Source: an uncultured Thermoguttaceae bacterium
GTDB lineage: Bacteria; Planctomycetota; Planctomycetia; Pirellulales; Thermoguttaceae
NCBI GenBank assembly: GCA_938084835.1
Contig: CALKER010000017.1
Coordinates: forward strand, 88,949-152,948
Length of the DNA: 64,000 bases
Direction: 5' to 3'
Shown here: piece by piece, positions 33,041 to 43,356 of the stretch
How the letters are laid out: each line of letters opens with the position of its first letter
How positions within the stretch are numbered: the first letter of the stretch is position 1
Made by a program: the position numbers and the translations under genes
The notes under the pieces: generated by a model
What the model saw: the letters and a program-made list of their open reading frames with translations, nothing else
Databases searched by the model: none
Told to the model about the DNA's origin: nothing

Positions 33041-33634
33041 TTAGTCGATGCCTTCTAGAATATGAGTCCTGGCATCCCATTGACGGTTGAGTTTTTCAAG
33101 CTCATCAAGCAACGAATCGAATTCACTCTGGCCTAGAGTTTCCGCCTGCCACGATTCTATGCGCTGGGCAATGTGTTCCACCGTCTGCATGAGTGTCACG
33201 TCGTGTTCGTAGATCCGGTCGAGGATTGATATGTTGACGCGCACGTAGTCGAAGAACCCGCTGTAACCGGCTACGGCACCGTCGACGCGCCCCATAATCG
33301 CATCCAACCGACCGCGAATACGGTCGAGGTGGGGAAGGAGCTGGATGCGCTGGTGTGCCAGCAAGTCCCGGGCTACGCCATCCGCCACCCGCTTGCACTG
33401 ACGCAGGCGGTCCACAATCCACATTCGCACAAGCCGATCGCTTTCCCGCCGATACTCTTTTTCTAGGTACCCCCTAAATCCAGGTATGTACCGCCCGATG
33501 GTTTCGACCACGTTACGGCGCCGCCTATGGTCGCGTGGATCAGGCATGAGACTACTCCCTTTGCAGCCTCCCATTCTTTCGGGTCGCGTCCCTGGAACCG
33601 CCGGTGCGCGAAACTTGCACAACAGAGCTTCCAA
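33041..33634 (-). CDS. Hypothetical alpha-helical protein
   Basis: 197-aa ORF (the likely start MPDPRDHRRRRN gives about 168 aa) between the DUF502 and SPFH genes on the same strand. No recognised motif. Confidence 0.45.
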   Translation of the reverse strand: MEALLCKFRAPAVPGTRPERMGGCKGSSLMPDPRDHRRRRNVVETIGRYIPGFRGYLEKEYRRESDRLVRMWIVDRLRQCKRVADGVARDLLAHQRIQLLPHLDRIRGRLDAIMGRVDGAVAGYSGFFDYVRVNISILDRIYEHDVTLMQTVEHIAQRIESWQAETLGQSEFDSLLDELEKLNRQWDARTHILEGID

Positions 33635-33809
33635 ATCTTAATTTTCGCAGGTAAAACACAGACAACGCAGATCGCCCTGAACACGTCGCCCCATCACCGC
33701 CGTAAGCCCTTCAACTCCTTTCCTTCCGGCATTCGACCACAGCGCGGGGGAGAGTCCTGTCTCGCCTCCGAAATTTGCCGCAAGTCCACCAGGAACTGGG
33801 GAATGGCTA

Positions 33810-34526
33810 CTACGAGCGTGTTTCCGGGCACTCCGAGGCCAGCAGCCCCCTTGCCGTCAACTTATCGAGGCGGTACTCCGGGGCCACGACGGCATCGGCC
33901 AGCACACCGATCGACAGATAAAGCTGCATGAGCCCATCCACACCCAGATTTACCGGGTAAACGCAATCCCGCGGCACCAAAAAAATGGCCCCACTCATCG
34001 GCATCGGAGAGGTGGGAACGTATACGAACAGCCATTCGCGACCACCGAACACAAAGATCTTTTCGGAAACCTGCAACCCCAAAAGCCCAACCCCCGAACC
34101 ACCTCCAAAGCGGCAAAAAACCACCGAAGCCTTGTGCAGTCCCGCAGATTTATCCCGGCTGAGGAGCTGAACTACTTGGGCCACCGATCTATAGATACTC
34201 CCACCCAACGGCACACGCTCAATCGCTTCAGATATCTGCCGGCGAAACCATTCCCGGCCCACGGTGGTTGCAGCCACCCCCACTAGCCAAATCCCACCAA
34301 GAAGGATAGCCCATCCTATTACGAGCGCAGCCGGCTCGGCCGCAAATAGAAGCCCCACCTCCCGAAGCAACTTACCCAGCGGACTTTGCGCCCCAAACCA
34401 AGCAATTGCAATCGTGGTTACCCAACTAAGCAGAGCAACAGTTACGAAAAGTGGGAGCAACACAATTAGGCCCGCAAGAAAATTCCCAAGTATCCCCTTT
34501 TTCCAAAGCCATGTGAAAATGTGCAC
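33810..34526 (-). CDS. DUF502-family (COG2928) membrane protein
   Basis: N-terminus MHIFTWLWKKGILGNFLAGLIVLLPLFVTVALLSWV and internal YVPTSPMPMSGAIFLVPRD, typical of DUF502 proteins. Confidence 0.65.
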   Translation of the reverse strand: MHIFTWLWKKGILGNFLAGLIVLLPLFVTVALLSWVTTIAIAWFGAQSPLGKLLREVGLLFAAEPAALVIGWAILLGGIWLVGVAATTVGREWFRRQISEAIERVPLGGSIYRSVAQVVQLLSRDKSAGLHKASVVFCRFGGGSGVGLLGLQVSEKIFVFGGREWLFVYVPTSPMPMSGAIFLVPRDCVYPVNLGVDGLMQLYLSIGVLADAVVAPEYRLDKLTARGLLASECPETRS

Positions 34527-35086
34527 GGCGACCTCCTTCAGGACAAGAGCCCCCGGTTGTTACAGACACCCTTCACTACCAAGAGGGAAAAATCCGAGCG
34601 TCACTTTTATGTAAAACATCCTACCACACCTTCGCTTGACCGTCAAAACATGCATTCAACCTAAAGCCCCCAATCACGCAATCGACTCAAGGCCACATGC
34701 CAGCTGCACCGCTGGAAGCGTCACTTTGAAGTAGCTGCCCACTTATTCCCAGCAAGAGTTACTTACGAAAGGATCGATGCTATCGTAGCCGAGTTTCTCG
34801 CATACCTCACAGAATCCCACACCATGCGACCTCAGAAAGATACGGCATGCCGCTAGGCTTTGTTGCCTGGTTGAACATTCGAAGCAGAGGGCCCTTCTGG
34901 CTCATCGATACCTCAAGGTTTCGTGAGGGACCCCCAATCGCCAGAGAACAAGAAATCGGCCAAGTTTTTCAGCGTTTTCGCATGGTCTCTTGGATTGCCC
35001 CTCAATTGCCGACACAACCCACCAAACTGGGATCTGTCGCGGGTGCGAGAAGTTTTTCGCCCTTCGGTCTTGCTTCCCGAGAAATG

Positions 35087-36598
35087 CTATGAGAGCTGGT
35101 ATTTCTTAATTTTGCGATACAGAGTTCGTTCACCAATCCCCAAGATACGAGCTGCTTCCTCCCGATTTCCGCCGGTAAGCTTCAGAGTCTCGGCAATAAA
35201 GAAGCGTTCAATCTCGTCTAAGGACTTTCCGAGAAGTTGATGAAGACCTCCGGGAGCCTCGTTGACTTGAGTTAAGTGACCTGAACCAATACCGGCACCC
35301 TGCGGCACAGGAGCAAGTGTCTGCCGGAGTAGGTCCTCGTGGCATACCGCCTGAGTCAGCGCTGGCACCTTCTCACCCTGTTCCAAAAGTTCTTCCGGCA
35401 GGTCATCCACATCGAGTACGCCGTCGTAATCTACGACAATCATGCTTTCGATAACATTTCGCAGTTGCCGCACATTTCCAGGCCAATCATACGCCATGAA
35501 TTTCTTTCGCACCGCCGGGGAGATTGCGCGAATCTGTTTCCCGTGACGTTTTCCCAATAACTTGATAAAGTGGTCCACGAGCACGGGGATATCTTCCCGC
35601 CGCTCTCGAAGGCTGGGCAAGCGAATGGTCACCACTTTCAGCCGATGGTAAAGATCTCGCCGAAAAAGACCGGCCTCGATCGCTTTTTCCAAGTCTTGAT
35701 TGGTAGCAGAGATAATCCTTACGTTTACCTTTATGGGCTCGTTAGATCCCACCCGCGTGATTTCGCCCGTTTCCAGCACTCGCAACAGCTTGATCTGGGT
35801 AGTCAGGGGCATATCGCCCACTTCGTCTAGGAACAAAGTTCCGCCATTGGCATATTCAAACTTGCCCACGCGATCACTGGTGGCGTCCGTAAACGCCCCT
35901 TTAACATGTCCGAAAAGTTCACTCTCCAGGATGTTTTCGCTTAGAGCCGCGCAGTTGAGGGCCACAAACGGCTTATTTCGGCGCGGGCTATTCTGATGAA
36001 TAGCCTGGGCCACTAATTCTTTGCCAGTGCCCGTTTCTCCTAGGATGAGTACAGTGGCATTGGTGGGAGCGATACGCTTGAGCCGTTCGATTACCTCCCG
36101 CATCTGGGGGCTATTGCCAATAACTCCCTCAAACCCAAACCGCTCGTCTAGGCGCCGGTGAAGTTCGAGGTTCGCTCGCCGGAGGCGAACGTTTTCCGCC
36201 GCCTTCTCCGTCACGGCGCGGAGTTGGGCCATGTCCAATGGCTTCAGCAAATAGTTGAAGGCCCCCTGCTGCATGGCGGCCACGGCCGACTGAATTGTCC
36301 CATGGCCGGTTATTAAAATGACTTCCGAATCCGGCAAATTTTGCTTTGCGTGGGCAAGTACTTGAAGCCCGTCCAAGTCACTCATCACCAAATCGGTGAT
36401 GATCACGTCATAATCACCGGATTCGATTAACCGGGCGCCCTCTTTCCCAGAGGTCGCTATGTGGCAGGAAAAACCCGCACGCTCCAATGCCTCCGCAACC
36501 GCCGCCGCATGACTTTCATCATTATCGATCACTAAGACATCCACTGGCGGCGTTTTCCGGACCTCGGATTTTGTTGACTCCTTGGGTGAGGCGCTCAT
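35087..36598 (-). CDS. Sigma-54-dependent response regulator (NtrC family: REC-AAA+-HTH)
   Basis: REC domain ([19 protein letters not shown]...D), sigma-54 interaction domain with Walker [18 protein letters not shown], the GAFTDA motif and ESELFGH, and a C-terminal Fis-type HTH ([16 protein letters not shown]). Confidence 0.9.
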   Translation of the reverse strand: MSASPKESTKSEVRKTPPVDVLVIDNDESHAAAVAEALERAGFSCHIATSGKEGARLIESGDYDVIITDLVMSDLDGLQVLAHAKQNLPDSEVILITGHGTIQSAVAAMQQGAFNYLLKPLDMAQLRAVTEKAAENVRLRRANLELHRRLDERFGFEGVIGNSPQMREVIERLKRIAPTNATVLILGETGTGKELVAQAIHQNSPRRNKPFVALNCAALSENILESELFGHVKGAFTDATSDRVGKFEYANGGTLFLDEVGDMPLTTQIKLLRVLETGEITRVGSNEPIKVNVRIISATNQDLEKAIEAGLFRRDLYHRLKVVTIRLPSLRERREDIPVLVDHFIKLLGKRHGKQIRAISPAVRKKFMAYDWPGNVRQLRNVIESMIVVDYDGVLDVDDLPEELLEQGEKVPALTQAVCHEDLLRQTLAPVPQGAGIGSGHLTQVNEAPGGLHQLLGKSLDEIERFFIAETLKLTGGNREEAARILGIGERTLYRKIKKYQLS

Positions 36599-36795
36599 CG
36601 GCTTTCAGTTCGCTTGGAGAACTGCCGTGCTAACCCGAGGATGTCTTCCTTGTCCACCCTCGCCAAAGCTCGTTCCCTTAATAACCCCGCAAGCTGCGCA
36701 ATTGGCCAGCATCCGTCGTCCATTCCGGAACAACTCCGCTTTGACACCATACAGTAACCGCGAAGACGCCAAAGTTTTGCCGGCTCTTTCGCCGC

Positions 36796-37602
36796 TTATT
36801 TAGCGGGCAATTCTGGGCGATCCAAACTGTGATTGGCGGGGATGCAGCGCGGCGCAGGCAAACGAATGGTGAATTGGCTCCCCGTGCCCACCTGGCTTTG
36901 AACCTCAATCGATCCTCCATGTCCTTCAATAATTTTCTTGGCAGTCGGTAAACCTAACCCGGTGCCCCCTTTCTTTGTGGAGAAAAAGGCCTCGAAGATA
37001 TGTGCCAACGTATTTTCGTCCATCCCGATTCCGGTATCAATTAACTCTAGCGCTACGCCATGCGGAGTGCGGTAGGTGCGCACGACTAATTGCCCACCGT
37101 GGGGCATGGCTTGCTCGGCATTAATAATGAGGTTGGACAGGGCCGACTCAAACGCCTCGCGATCTAGAAGCACCAGCGGTAGATCAGTCGTTAAGTAATC
37201 GATGACCTCAATCCCCGCCTGCTGAAGCTTGGCCCGGTACAAATCAAGCACTTGGCGCACTACCTGATTAAGATCAGTAGGCTTAAAGTGGTAGCGGCGA
37301 ACCTTGGCAAAATCAAGAAAGCTATCGAGGAGCTCCTGAAGCCGTTGACATTCGCGCTGCACAACTTTCACCTTAGCCAAGGCGCGGCGTTCTTTCGGGG
37401 TCTCCGGATTGGCAAACTCCTCGGCCAACAGATCCATGTTGAGACGAATGGTGGAAAGCGGATTCTTGATCTCGTGAGCCAGCCCACCCGCAAGCCGCGC
37501 AATTTCCACATATCCGTCGATAAGTTCCTGGTTGGCCCGCTCAGAATCTACCCCTCTATTCTCGGGTAAGGGATGGCCGGTCATGGTCGTTGTAGGCCTC
37601 AA
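36796..37602 (-). CDS. Sensor histidine kinase, minimal (HisKA + HATPase_c, no sensor or TM domain)
   Basis: H-box LAGGLAHEIKNPLSTI 30 aa from the N-terminus, N-box NLIINAEQAM, and G-boxes DTGIGMD and GGTGLGLPTAKKII. Only 268 aa with no hydrophobic segments. Confidence 0.85.
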   Translation of the reverse strand: MRPTTTMTGHPLPENRGVDSERANQELIDGYVEIARLAGGLAHEIKNPLSTIRLNMDLLAEEFANPETPKERRALAKVKVVQRECQRLQELLDSFLDFAKVRRYHFKPTDLNQVVRQVLDLYRAKLQQAGIEVIDYLTTDLPLVLLDREAFESALSNLIINAEQAMPHGGQLVVRTYRTPHGVALELIDTGIGMDENTLAHIFEAFFSTKKGGTGLGLPTAKKIIEGHGGSIEVQSQVGTGSQFTIRLPAPRCIPANHSLDRPELPAK

Positions 37603-37915
37603 TCAGATCGGGAGGTCAGCTCGGGAGACACTTCAGGCAAAAGAAAACTTAGCCGGCACGCGAGGACCCATCATTAGAGGACACATTTTCAAATGAAGGA
37701 AACGACGCAAAACTACCCAGCCGCCACCGGAAGTGCCCCCTTAGCTCGACCGCAGAAACACCCTAAATTTTTGATTTGCCAACTAAATCCACGACTCTTT
37801 GCCAACTTCTGTGGCCGTGTGGGTTTATACTTCAATCCGAAGGCAACTTTGCGGCGGAGACGACATTTTCTTGGCCCTACTTACCACCCGGCAATACCGA
37901 AGCCGGCTCCGATTA

Positions 37916-40078
37916 CTAGTGCTTACGGCCACGTTCCTCTCGGGGTGGCGAGCCGGATGCCTGCTGTTGCTGCTTCTTTTGCTGGGCGCCAAGCTCCCTA
38001 AGGGCTATGCGCCGGCTTAGCTTAATTCGATCCTGGTCATCAATTGCGATTACCTTGACCTGAACTTTGTCGCCAACTTTGCAGACATCGCTGACGTGGG
38101 AGACATAACCGTCGGCTAACTCGCTGATATGACACAACCCATCTCGCCCAGGCAGGATTTCGATAAACGCGCCAAAATCTTTGATGGCCGTCACACGGCC
38201 TTCATAAATCTTTCCCACTTCCACGGTGGCGGTCAGGGCTTGGACCTGGCGTAGGGCCTCCTGGGCCGCCTCGTCCGTTCCACCGGCAATGACAACGGTC
38301 CCATCGTCCTGAATCTCGATCAAAGTGTCCGTAGCTTCCTGAATCTGTCGTACCGTTTTGCCGCCCGGCCCGATTAGCAACCCAATTTTCTCCGGATCGA
38401 TCTTGGTTCGCAAAACCCGCGGAGCAAATTCCGAAACTTCCGCGCGAGGCCGCGCAATTGCCGTCAGCATCTTTTTGAGAATTTCCATCCGCGCTTGACG
38501 CGCCTGGGACAAGGTGGCCCGAATGATTTCGTGGTCAATACCGCGAACTTTTAAATCTAATTGCATACCGGTAATCCCAGTTGGGGTACCGGCAACTTTG
38601 AAATCCATATCGCCGAAGTGATCTTCGTCGCCAATGATGTCGCTCATAAGAACCCACCGATCAGGTTCCTTTACAAGGCCAATCGAGACCCCCGCCACAG
38701 GGGCTGTGATAGGTACCCCGGCAGCCATTAAGCCCATGGTGGCTCCACAGACGGTGGCCATAGAGCTCGAGCCGTTCGATTCGAGAATATCGGAGATAAC
38801 ACGAATGGTATATGGGAACTGCTCTGGATCCGGTAGGACGGCCTTCAAACTCCGCTCCGCCAAGGCACCGTGACCGATTTCTCGCCGCCCCGGCCCACGG
38901 ATAGGTCGACATTCCCCAGTGCAGAATGGTGGAAAATAATAGTCGAGCATAAATTTCTTAAATAGATCCTCCTCCATAAGGCCATCCACTTTTTGTTCAT
39001 CCTTGCTCGTCCCTAACGTCACGGTAATCAGCGCTTGCGTTTCACCCCGTTGGAAGAGCGCCGAGCCGTGGACCCTCGGCAGAACATCCACCTTACACAC
39101 TATCTCACGCAGATCTGTCAAACCTCGACCGTCGGGCCGATGCCCTTCCAAGATAAGATCGCGGACGACGCGCTTTTCTAACTTAGTCCAGGCCCGCTCG
39201 AACTTCTCCACCTCGGCTAGCATTTCCGGAGAGGCATCCGCGAACAATTCGCTTATTGCTTTATCTTTCAGGGCGGCTACGGCCTCCGCTCGGGCCTGCT
39301 TTCCCGGAGTCTTTTTCGCCTCCCGCATTGGCTCGTAATACCGTTCGCGGAGTCGGTCGAACCACTCCGAGCTCGGCGCCTCAGGAAGTGGGTTCTTTAC
39401 CGGCGCAACACGCTCTGCGAGCTCTTGTTGAAGATCGCAAAGGACTCGCACGAGGTCGTGGGCGACCTCGATGGCCTCCGCCACACGGTCTTCCGGCAAC
39501 TCCTGAGCAAAACCTTCGATCATTACGATGGCATCGCGAGTCCCTGCCACCACCAAATCAAGATCGCTCACCGTCTCGAGCTGCTCGTGGGTTGGGAACG
39601 GCACAAAGGCACCATCGACATAGCCCAAACGGACCGCGGCCACAGGTCCCAGGAAGGGTATGGGCGATACCGCCAAAGCTGCTGCCGACGCATTAATAGC
39701 CAGCACGTCACCGTCCGTTTGCCGGTCACTAGCAAGCACCATCGCCTGAACTTGCACTTCGTCATAAAAATAGTCAGGAAACATCGGCCGGAGTGGCCGG
39801 TCGATGAGCCGAGAGGTAAGAATCTCTTTAACCGTCGGCCGCCCTTCCCGCTTAAAAAATCCCCCGGGAAACTTCCCAGCGGCCGCAAGCCGCTCCCGGT
39901 AATCACATGTTAGAGGCAAAAAGTCCACCCCCAACTTCGCCGCAGTAGTCGTGACTGCCGACAGCACTACTGTATCCCGAAATCCCACCAAACATGCACC
40001 GGCTGCCTGCTTGGCCAGTTCGCCCGTCTCGAGCCAAAACACACTGTCGCCAATTTCACGTTCGACGCGGACTTTCAA
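37916..40078 (-). CDS. pnp: Polyribonucleotide nucleotidyltransferase (PNPase)
   Basis: 720 aa with two RNase PH domains, a KH domain and a C-terminal S1 domain (GKIYEGRVTAIKDFGAFIEILPGRDGLCHISEL...VGDKVQVKVIAID), and a C-terminal K/Q/R-rich tail. Confidence 0.97.
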   Translation of the reverse strand: MKVRVEREIGDSVFWLETGELAKQAAGACLVGFRDTVVLSAVTTTAAKLGVDFLPLTCDYRERLAAAGKFPGGFFKREGRPTVKEILTSRLIDRPLRPMFPDYFYDEVQVQAMVLASDRQTDGDVLAINASAAALAVSPIPFLGPVAAVRLGYVDGAFVPFPTHEQLETVSDLDLVVAGTRDAIVMIEGFAQELPEDRVAEAIEVAHDLVRVLCDLQQELAERVAPVKNPLPEAPSSEWFDRLRERYYEPMREAKKTPGKQARAEAVAALKDKAISELFADASPEMLAEVEKFERAWTKLEKRVVRDLILEGHRPDGRGLTDLREIVCKVDVLPRVHGSALFQRGETQALITVTLGTSKDEQKVDGLMEEDLFKKFMLDYYFPPFCTGECRPIRGPGRREIGHGALAERSLKAVLPDPEQFPYTIRVISDILESNGSSSMATVCGATMGLMAAGVPITAPVAGVSIGLVKEPDRWVLMSDIIGDEDHFGDMDFKVAGTPTGITGMQLDLKVRGIDHEIIRATLSQARQARMEILKKMLTAIARPRAEVSEFAPRVLRTKIDPEKIGLLIGPGGKTVRQIQEATDTLIEIQDDGTVVIAGGTDEAAQEALRQVQALTATVEVGKIYEGRVTAIKDFGAFIEILPGRDGLCHISELADGYVSHVSDVCKVGDKVQVKVIAIDDQDRIKLSRRIALRELGAQQKKQQQQASGSPPREERGRKH

Positions 40079-40552
40079 GGCTCAAACTCCATCACACAGA
40101 ATCAGAATAGATGACCTAACGATCTGCCTAGAGTTCCCAACTGAAGAGGTAAACCTTTGCCCCTATTTAGGGCGGCTACTACCCTCTCCGCGATGGATTT
40201 GATGCAAAAAGATGCTGCTATTAAATACGTAACTTTCCAGTACCACAACCCTATACCCTATTCCCGGCTGGGTTCAGCCCAACCCGGAGCAGGTACCAGG
40301 ATAATATTAGGGTGACTTCACCTGACTACACCGCCCCCATACACACCTCTGGGACGGCAACAAATACCCCACCGTTCCAAACGATCCCCGGTCAATTCCT
40401 CGGAGCTTGCGCCCGAGTTACCTCGCCATCAACCACGGGAGTTGTGTACCGCCTCAAGACCCGGTACCCACCAGCCAAATCCCTCAGCTAATGCCACCCC
40501 GGAGGACCAATGGCAAAACTGTTCGTTTGGACGCGCGACCTGGCACCGCCGC

Positions 40553-40822
40553 CTATTTTCGAATATTCAGTTGCTGAATAACCTGCAGATATCGCTGGGG
40601 AGCCGTTCGCTTGAGATAGTCCAGCATTCGGCGCCGCTTGCTCACCAACATTAGTAGCCCGCGCCGACTTGCAAAATCCTTGCGGTGCTCCCGCAAATGG
40701 TCGGTAAGGCGATTAATCCGGGCCGTCAATATTGCAATCTGCACTTCCGGCGATCCGGTATCCGTTTCGCTCAACCGAAACTGCCCAATCAACGCCTGCT
40801 TCTGTTCCTTGGTGAGAACCAT
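40553..40822 (-). CDS. rpsO: 30S ribosomal protein S15
   Basis: [72 protein letters not shown] is the canonical uS15 sequence. The start is set at the internal Met; rpsO-pnp synteny is conserved. Confidence 0.9.
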   Translation of the reverse strand: MVLTKEQKQALIGQFRLSETDTGSPEVQIAILTARINRLTDHLREHRKDFASRRGLLMLVSKRRRMLDYLKRTAPQRYLQVIQQLNIRK

Positions 40823-41746
40823 AGACTTTTTGACCCCAAACACAAATTCACACTACTAGCAGAACCTTAAATTACGGTCTCGGTAAAAAGCCTTGAAGAT
40901 TCATATACCCCGGCGCCGCACAGGACCCGGGTCCTTCCGCAAAGCTGCCTAATCCGGGCACTGGGAGGACCCCAAATCCAGGCCGAAATTTTCTGGATGG
41001 AACTATTTAAGGGCTCAACGATCTTACCGGCTTCCCAAAAGGCCGCGCCCACCGATCGAAAATATTCTCTAAAGTCTATCGCACCGCTCGGCATTTGAAA
41101 AGCCATGCCCTGCAAAAGGCACTTACAACCGATCAGCAAGCCCGCTTTGGCCCACGATGTCTTCGAAGACCTTCCGGATTTTCCCGATAGCTTTCGACTC
41201 CCGCGCTCAAATACGATCCGCTGAAGCATCCGCTCAACAAGGCTGTATCAGGAATTCCGGTTTGTGTCTTCCGCCGAACCCACCTTCGCTTGACTCGGAA
41301 ATCAAAACCATCAATGTAGAAGATTCGTCTCTGGCGAGTGAGCAATTAGTCATCATAGTGATCAGTGATCAGGCGGAGGGAGCCTGCTTCTTGGCCCTGC
41401 GGGTAAAGTCGTTCCAAAGATTTAGACCAATGGCATATCTTTACGGAGGAAACCCGACTGCTCCCTCCCCGATTGGCGAAGGTCGGGGAATTAGGCAGCC
41501 TTGAAAAAACCTTGGATCCTATTGGTCCGGGCGGCTTTCGCCCCGGGCTTACCGCGTAATGTCCCTTTCTGTTTTGAAATATGGCTGCGGATCCCCTCGC
41601 CCCTCAGTCCAACGATTTTTTCGCTTGACTTTTGTCCGCATTGGTGCGAAAGGAGGTACCATTTTTTGCCGGAACCCTAGCCGAGGGTTCTTCTCCGTCC
41701 ACGACAAAGGCCTGCGGGAGACAGGGCGACTAATCGGCTTTTGAAA

Positions 41747-41836
41747 GGTTTTCCCACGTTGGGGAAGGAGACCTTTTGCTCAAACCGGGAGGCCGCACCG
41801 ATTGCACGGTTTTCCCACGTTCGAACAAGGAGACCC
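41747..41836. repeat. Pair of direct repeats GGTTTTCCCACGTT-N(6-7)-AAGGAGACC separated by 61 nt
   Basis: Copy 1 is 41747-41773 (GGTTTTCCCACGTTGGGGAAGGAGACC) and copy 2 is 41808-41836 (GGTTTTCCCACGTTCGAACAAGGAGACCC). Both end in a Shine-Dalgarno-like AAGGAGAC and lie about 370-460 nt upstream of pilT. Confidence 0.7.
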
Positions 41837-42204
41837 TTGGAGAAAGAGAGGAAAAGTCCCCTTCGCCGCTCCGAGGTCGGCACATGCGGAGAAAATTGCG
41901 CGTCGGGAAAAATGGTTGGCGCGCCTGCTGTCACGGTACGAATGAATTCGGCACTGGCCGCCTTTAAATGACCGCTGGCCCGCCCCCCCGAGCGAATCGC
42001 AGGCCGCTCGGTTGACCGAAGGCTGTCGGGCGTTTAGAGTATCAAAAAGCACCACTAATTCTGACACCAAATTGAGATTCTGTTCCAAAACCTTGGAGCC
42101 AATTGAAGTAGCGAAGGCGTTCCGCCACGGGCAATCGCCGAGCCACAATTCGGCAAGACCAGTCGGAGGTACACAATTTTCGAAGTTTTCGAGGGTTCTA
42201 GGCG

Positions 42205-43356
42205 ATGGTGTTACCTTTGGAAGCTGATATCGAAAGATTTCGAGGAAAGCGGAAGGAGCTCGAAATCGACAAGCTTTTCCGGTCCCTTGTCCGTCATCAG
42301 GGCAGCGACCTCCACTTGAAGGTGGGTTTGCCACCTTACATTAGGGTGGCTGGGGACTTGCGGCCCCTCAATCGGGACCCCATCGACGACGAGGAAATGA
42401 TTCGCTTGGTGTTCCCGATGATGAATGAGCGAGCCCGCCGGCTGTTTGATGAGAATGGAGGAGCGGATTTCGCTTACACCGTCGATGTAGACGGCAAGAT
42501 GTGGCGGTTCCGCGTCAATGTCTTCCAGCAAATGGGACATGTGGGGCTTGTGGCACGTCGTGTCAACAATGTGATACCCAGTTTCGAGCAGTTGCATTTG
42601 CCCCCAGTCTTGGAAAAACTCTGCACTTACCACCAAGGGATGATCTTGCTGGCGGGGATTACCGGATCCGGCAAAAGTACAACCATTGCAGCCATGCTGG
42701 ATTATATCAACCACCGGTACCGAAAGCATATCCTGACCCTGGAAGATCCCATCGAGTTCGTCTTCACTGAGGATAAGTGCATCATCAACCAACGGGAGAT
42801 TGGGCAGGACGTTAAGGACTTTATGGTCGGCATGAAACATGCTGTCCGCGAAGACCCGGATGTCATCCTTGTGGGTGAGATGCGTGATAGGGAGACATTC
42901 GAGACGGCAATTCAGGCAGCGGAGACAGGCCATCTCGTCTTCGGAACCATTCACGCGAACACCGCTCCAAGCACCATCGGTCGAATCTTGGACCTTTTCC
43001 CGGAAGGTATGCACCAGGCGGTGCGAAGCGCTATCGTCTTTAACATGAAGGCGATCATCGCCCAGAAACTCCTGCCTTCAATCAAGCCGGGGGTGCAGCG
43101 GGTCCCCACATGCGAAATTATGATTTTTAACCCTATGGTGAAAAAGTTGATTTTGGAGCGGCAGGATGAAAAACTAGCGGATGCAATTCGGGTGGGAGCC
43201 TCCGAAGGAATGCAAGATTTCACCATGAGCCTTAAGGACCTCGTGGAAAAACAACTCATCGACCGACAAACGGCCTTCGAATGGGCCCCGAACCCCGAAG
43301 CATTGAAGATGGCACTGAAGGGCATCCAAGTCAAAGAATCTGGGATGGTGGGATGA
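42205..43356 (+). CDS. pilT: Type IV pilus retraction ATPase PilT (twitching motility protein)
   Basis: Walker A LLAGITGSGKSTTIAA, Asp box ILVGEMRDRETFETA, His box TGHLVFGTIHANTA, and an N-terminus (GSDLHLKVGLPPYIRVAGDL) matching PilT/PilU. Confidence 0.9.
   Translation: MVLPLEADIERFRGKRKELEIDKLFRSLVRHQGSDLHLKVGLPPYIRVAGDLRPLNRDPIDDEEMIRLVFPMMNERARRLFDENGGADFAYTVDVDGKMWRFRVNVFQQMGHVGLVARRVNNVIPSFEQLHLPPVLEKLCTYHQGMILLAGITGSGKSTTIAAMLDYINHRYRKHILTLEDPIEFVFTEDKCIINQREIGQDVKDFMVGMKHAVREDPDVILVGEMRDRETFETAIQAAETGHLVFGTIHANTAPSTIGRILDLFPEGMHQAVRSAIVFNMKAIIAQKLLPSIKPGVQRVPTCEIMIFNPMVKKLILERQDEKLADAIRVGASEGMQDFTMSLKDLVEKQLIDRQTAFEWAPNPEALKMALKGIQVKESGMVG

Noticed and set aside
34527-35086. Sigma-54 promoter (TGGCAC-N5-TTGCW) expected downstream of the NtrC-type regulator and upstream of the DUF502 cluster
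   Set aside because: I could not find a convincing -24/-12 match on either strand by eye. The best partial match (TGGCAC-N5-CTGCA near 3171-3186) is inside the GH43-like CDS. A PWM scan is needed.
42211-43014. 267-aa minus-strand ORF antisense to pilT
   Set aside because: It lies entirely within the strongly supported pilT CDS on the opposite strand. It is a typical high-GC antisense shadow ORF with no motifs.
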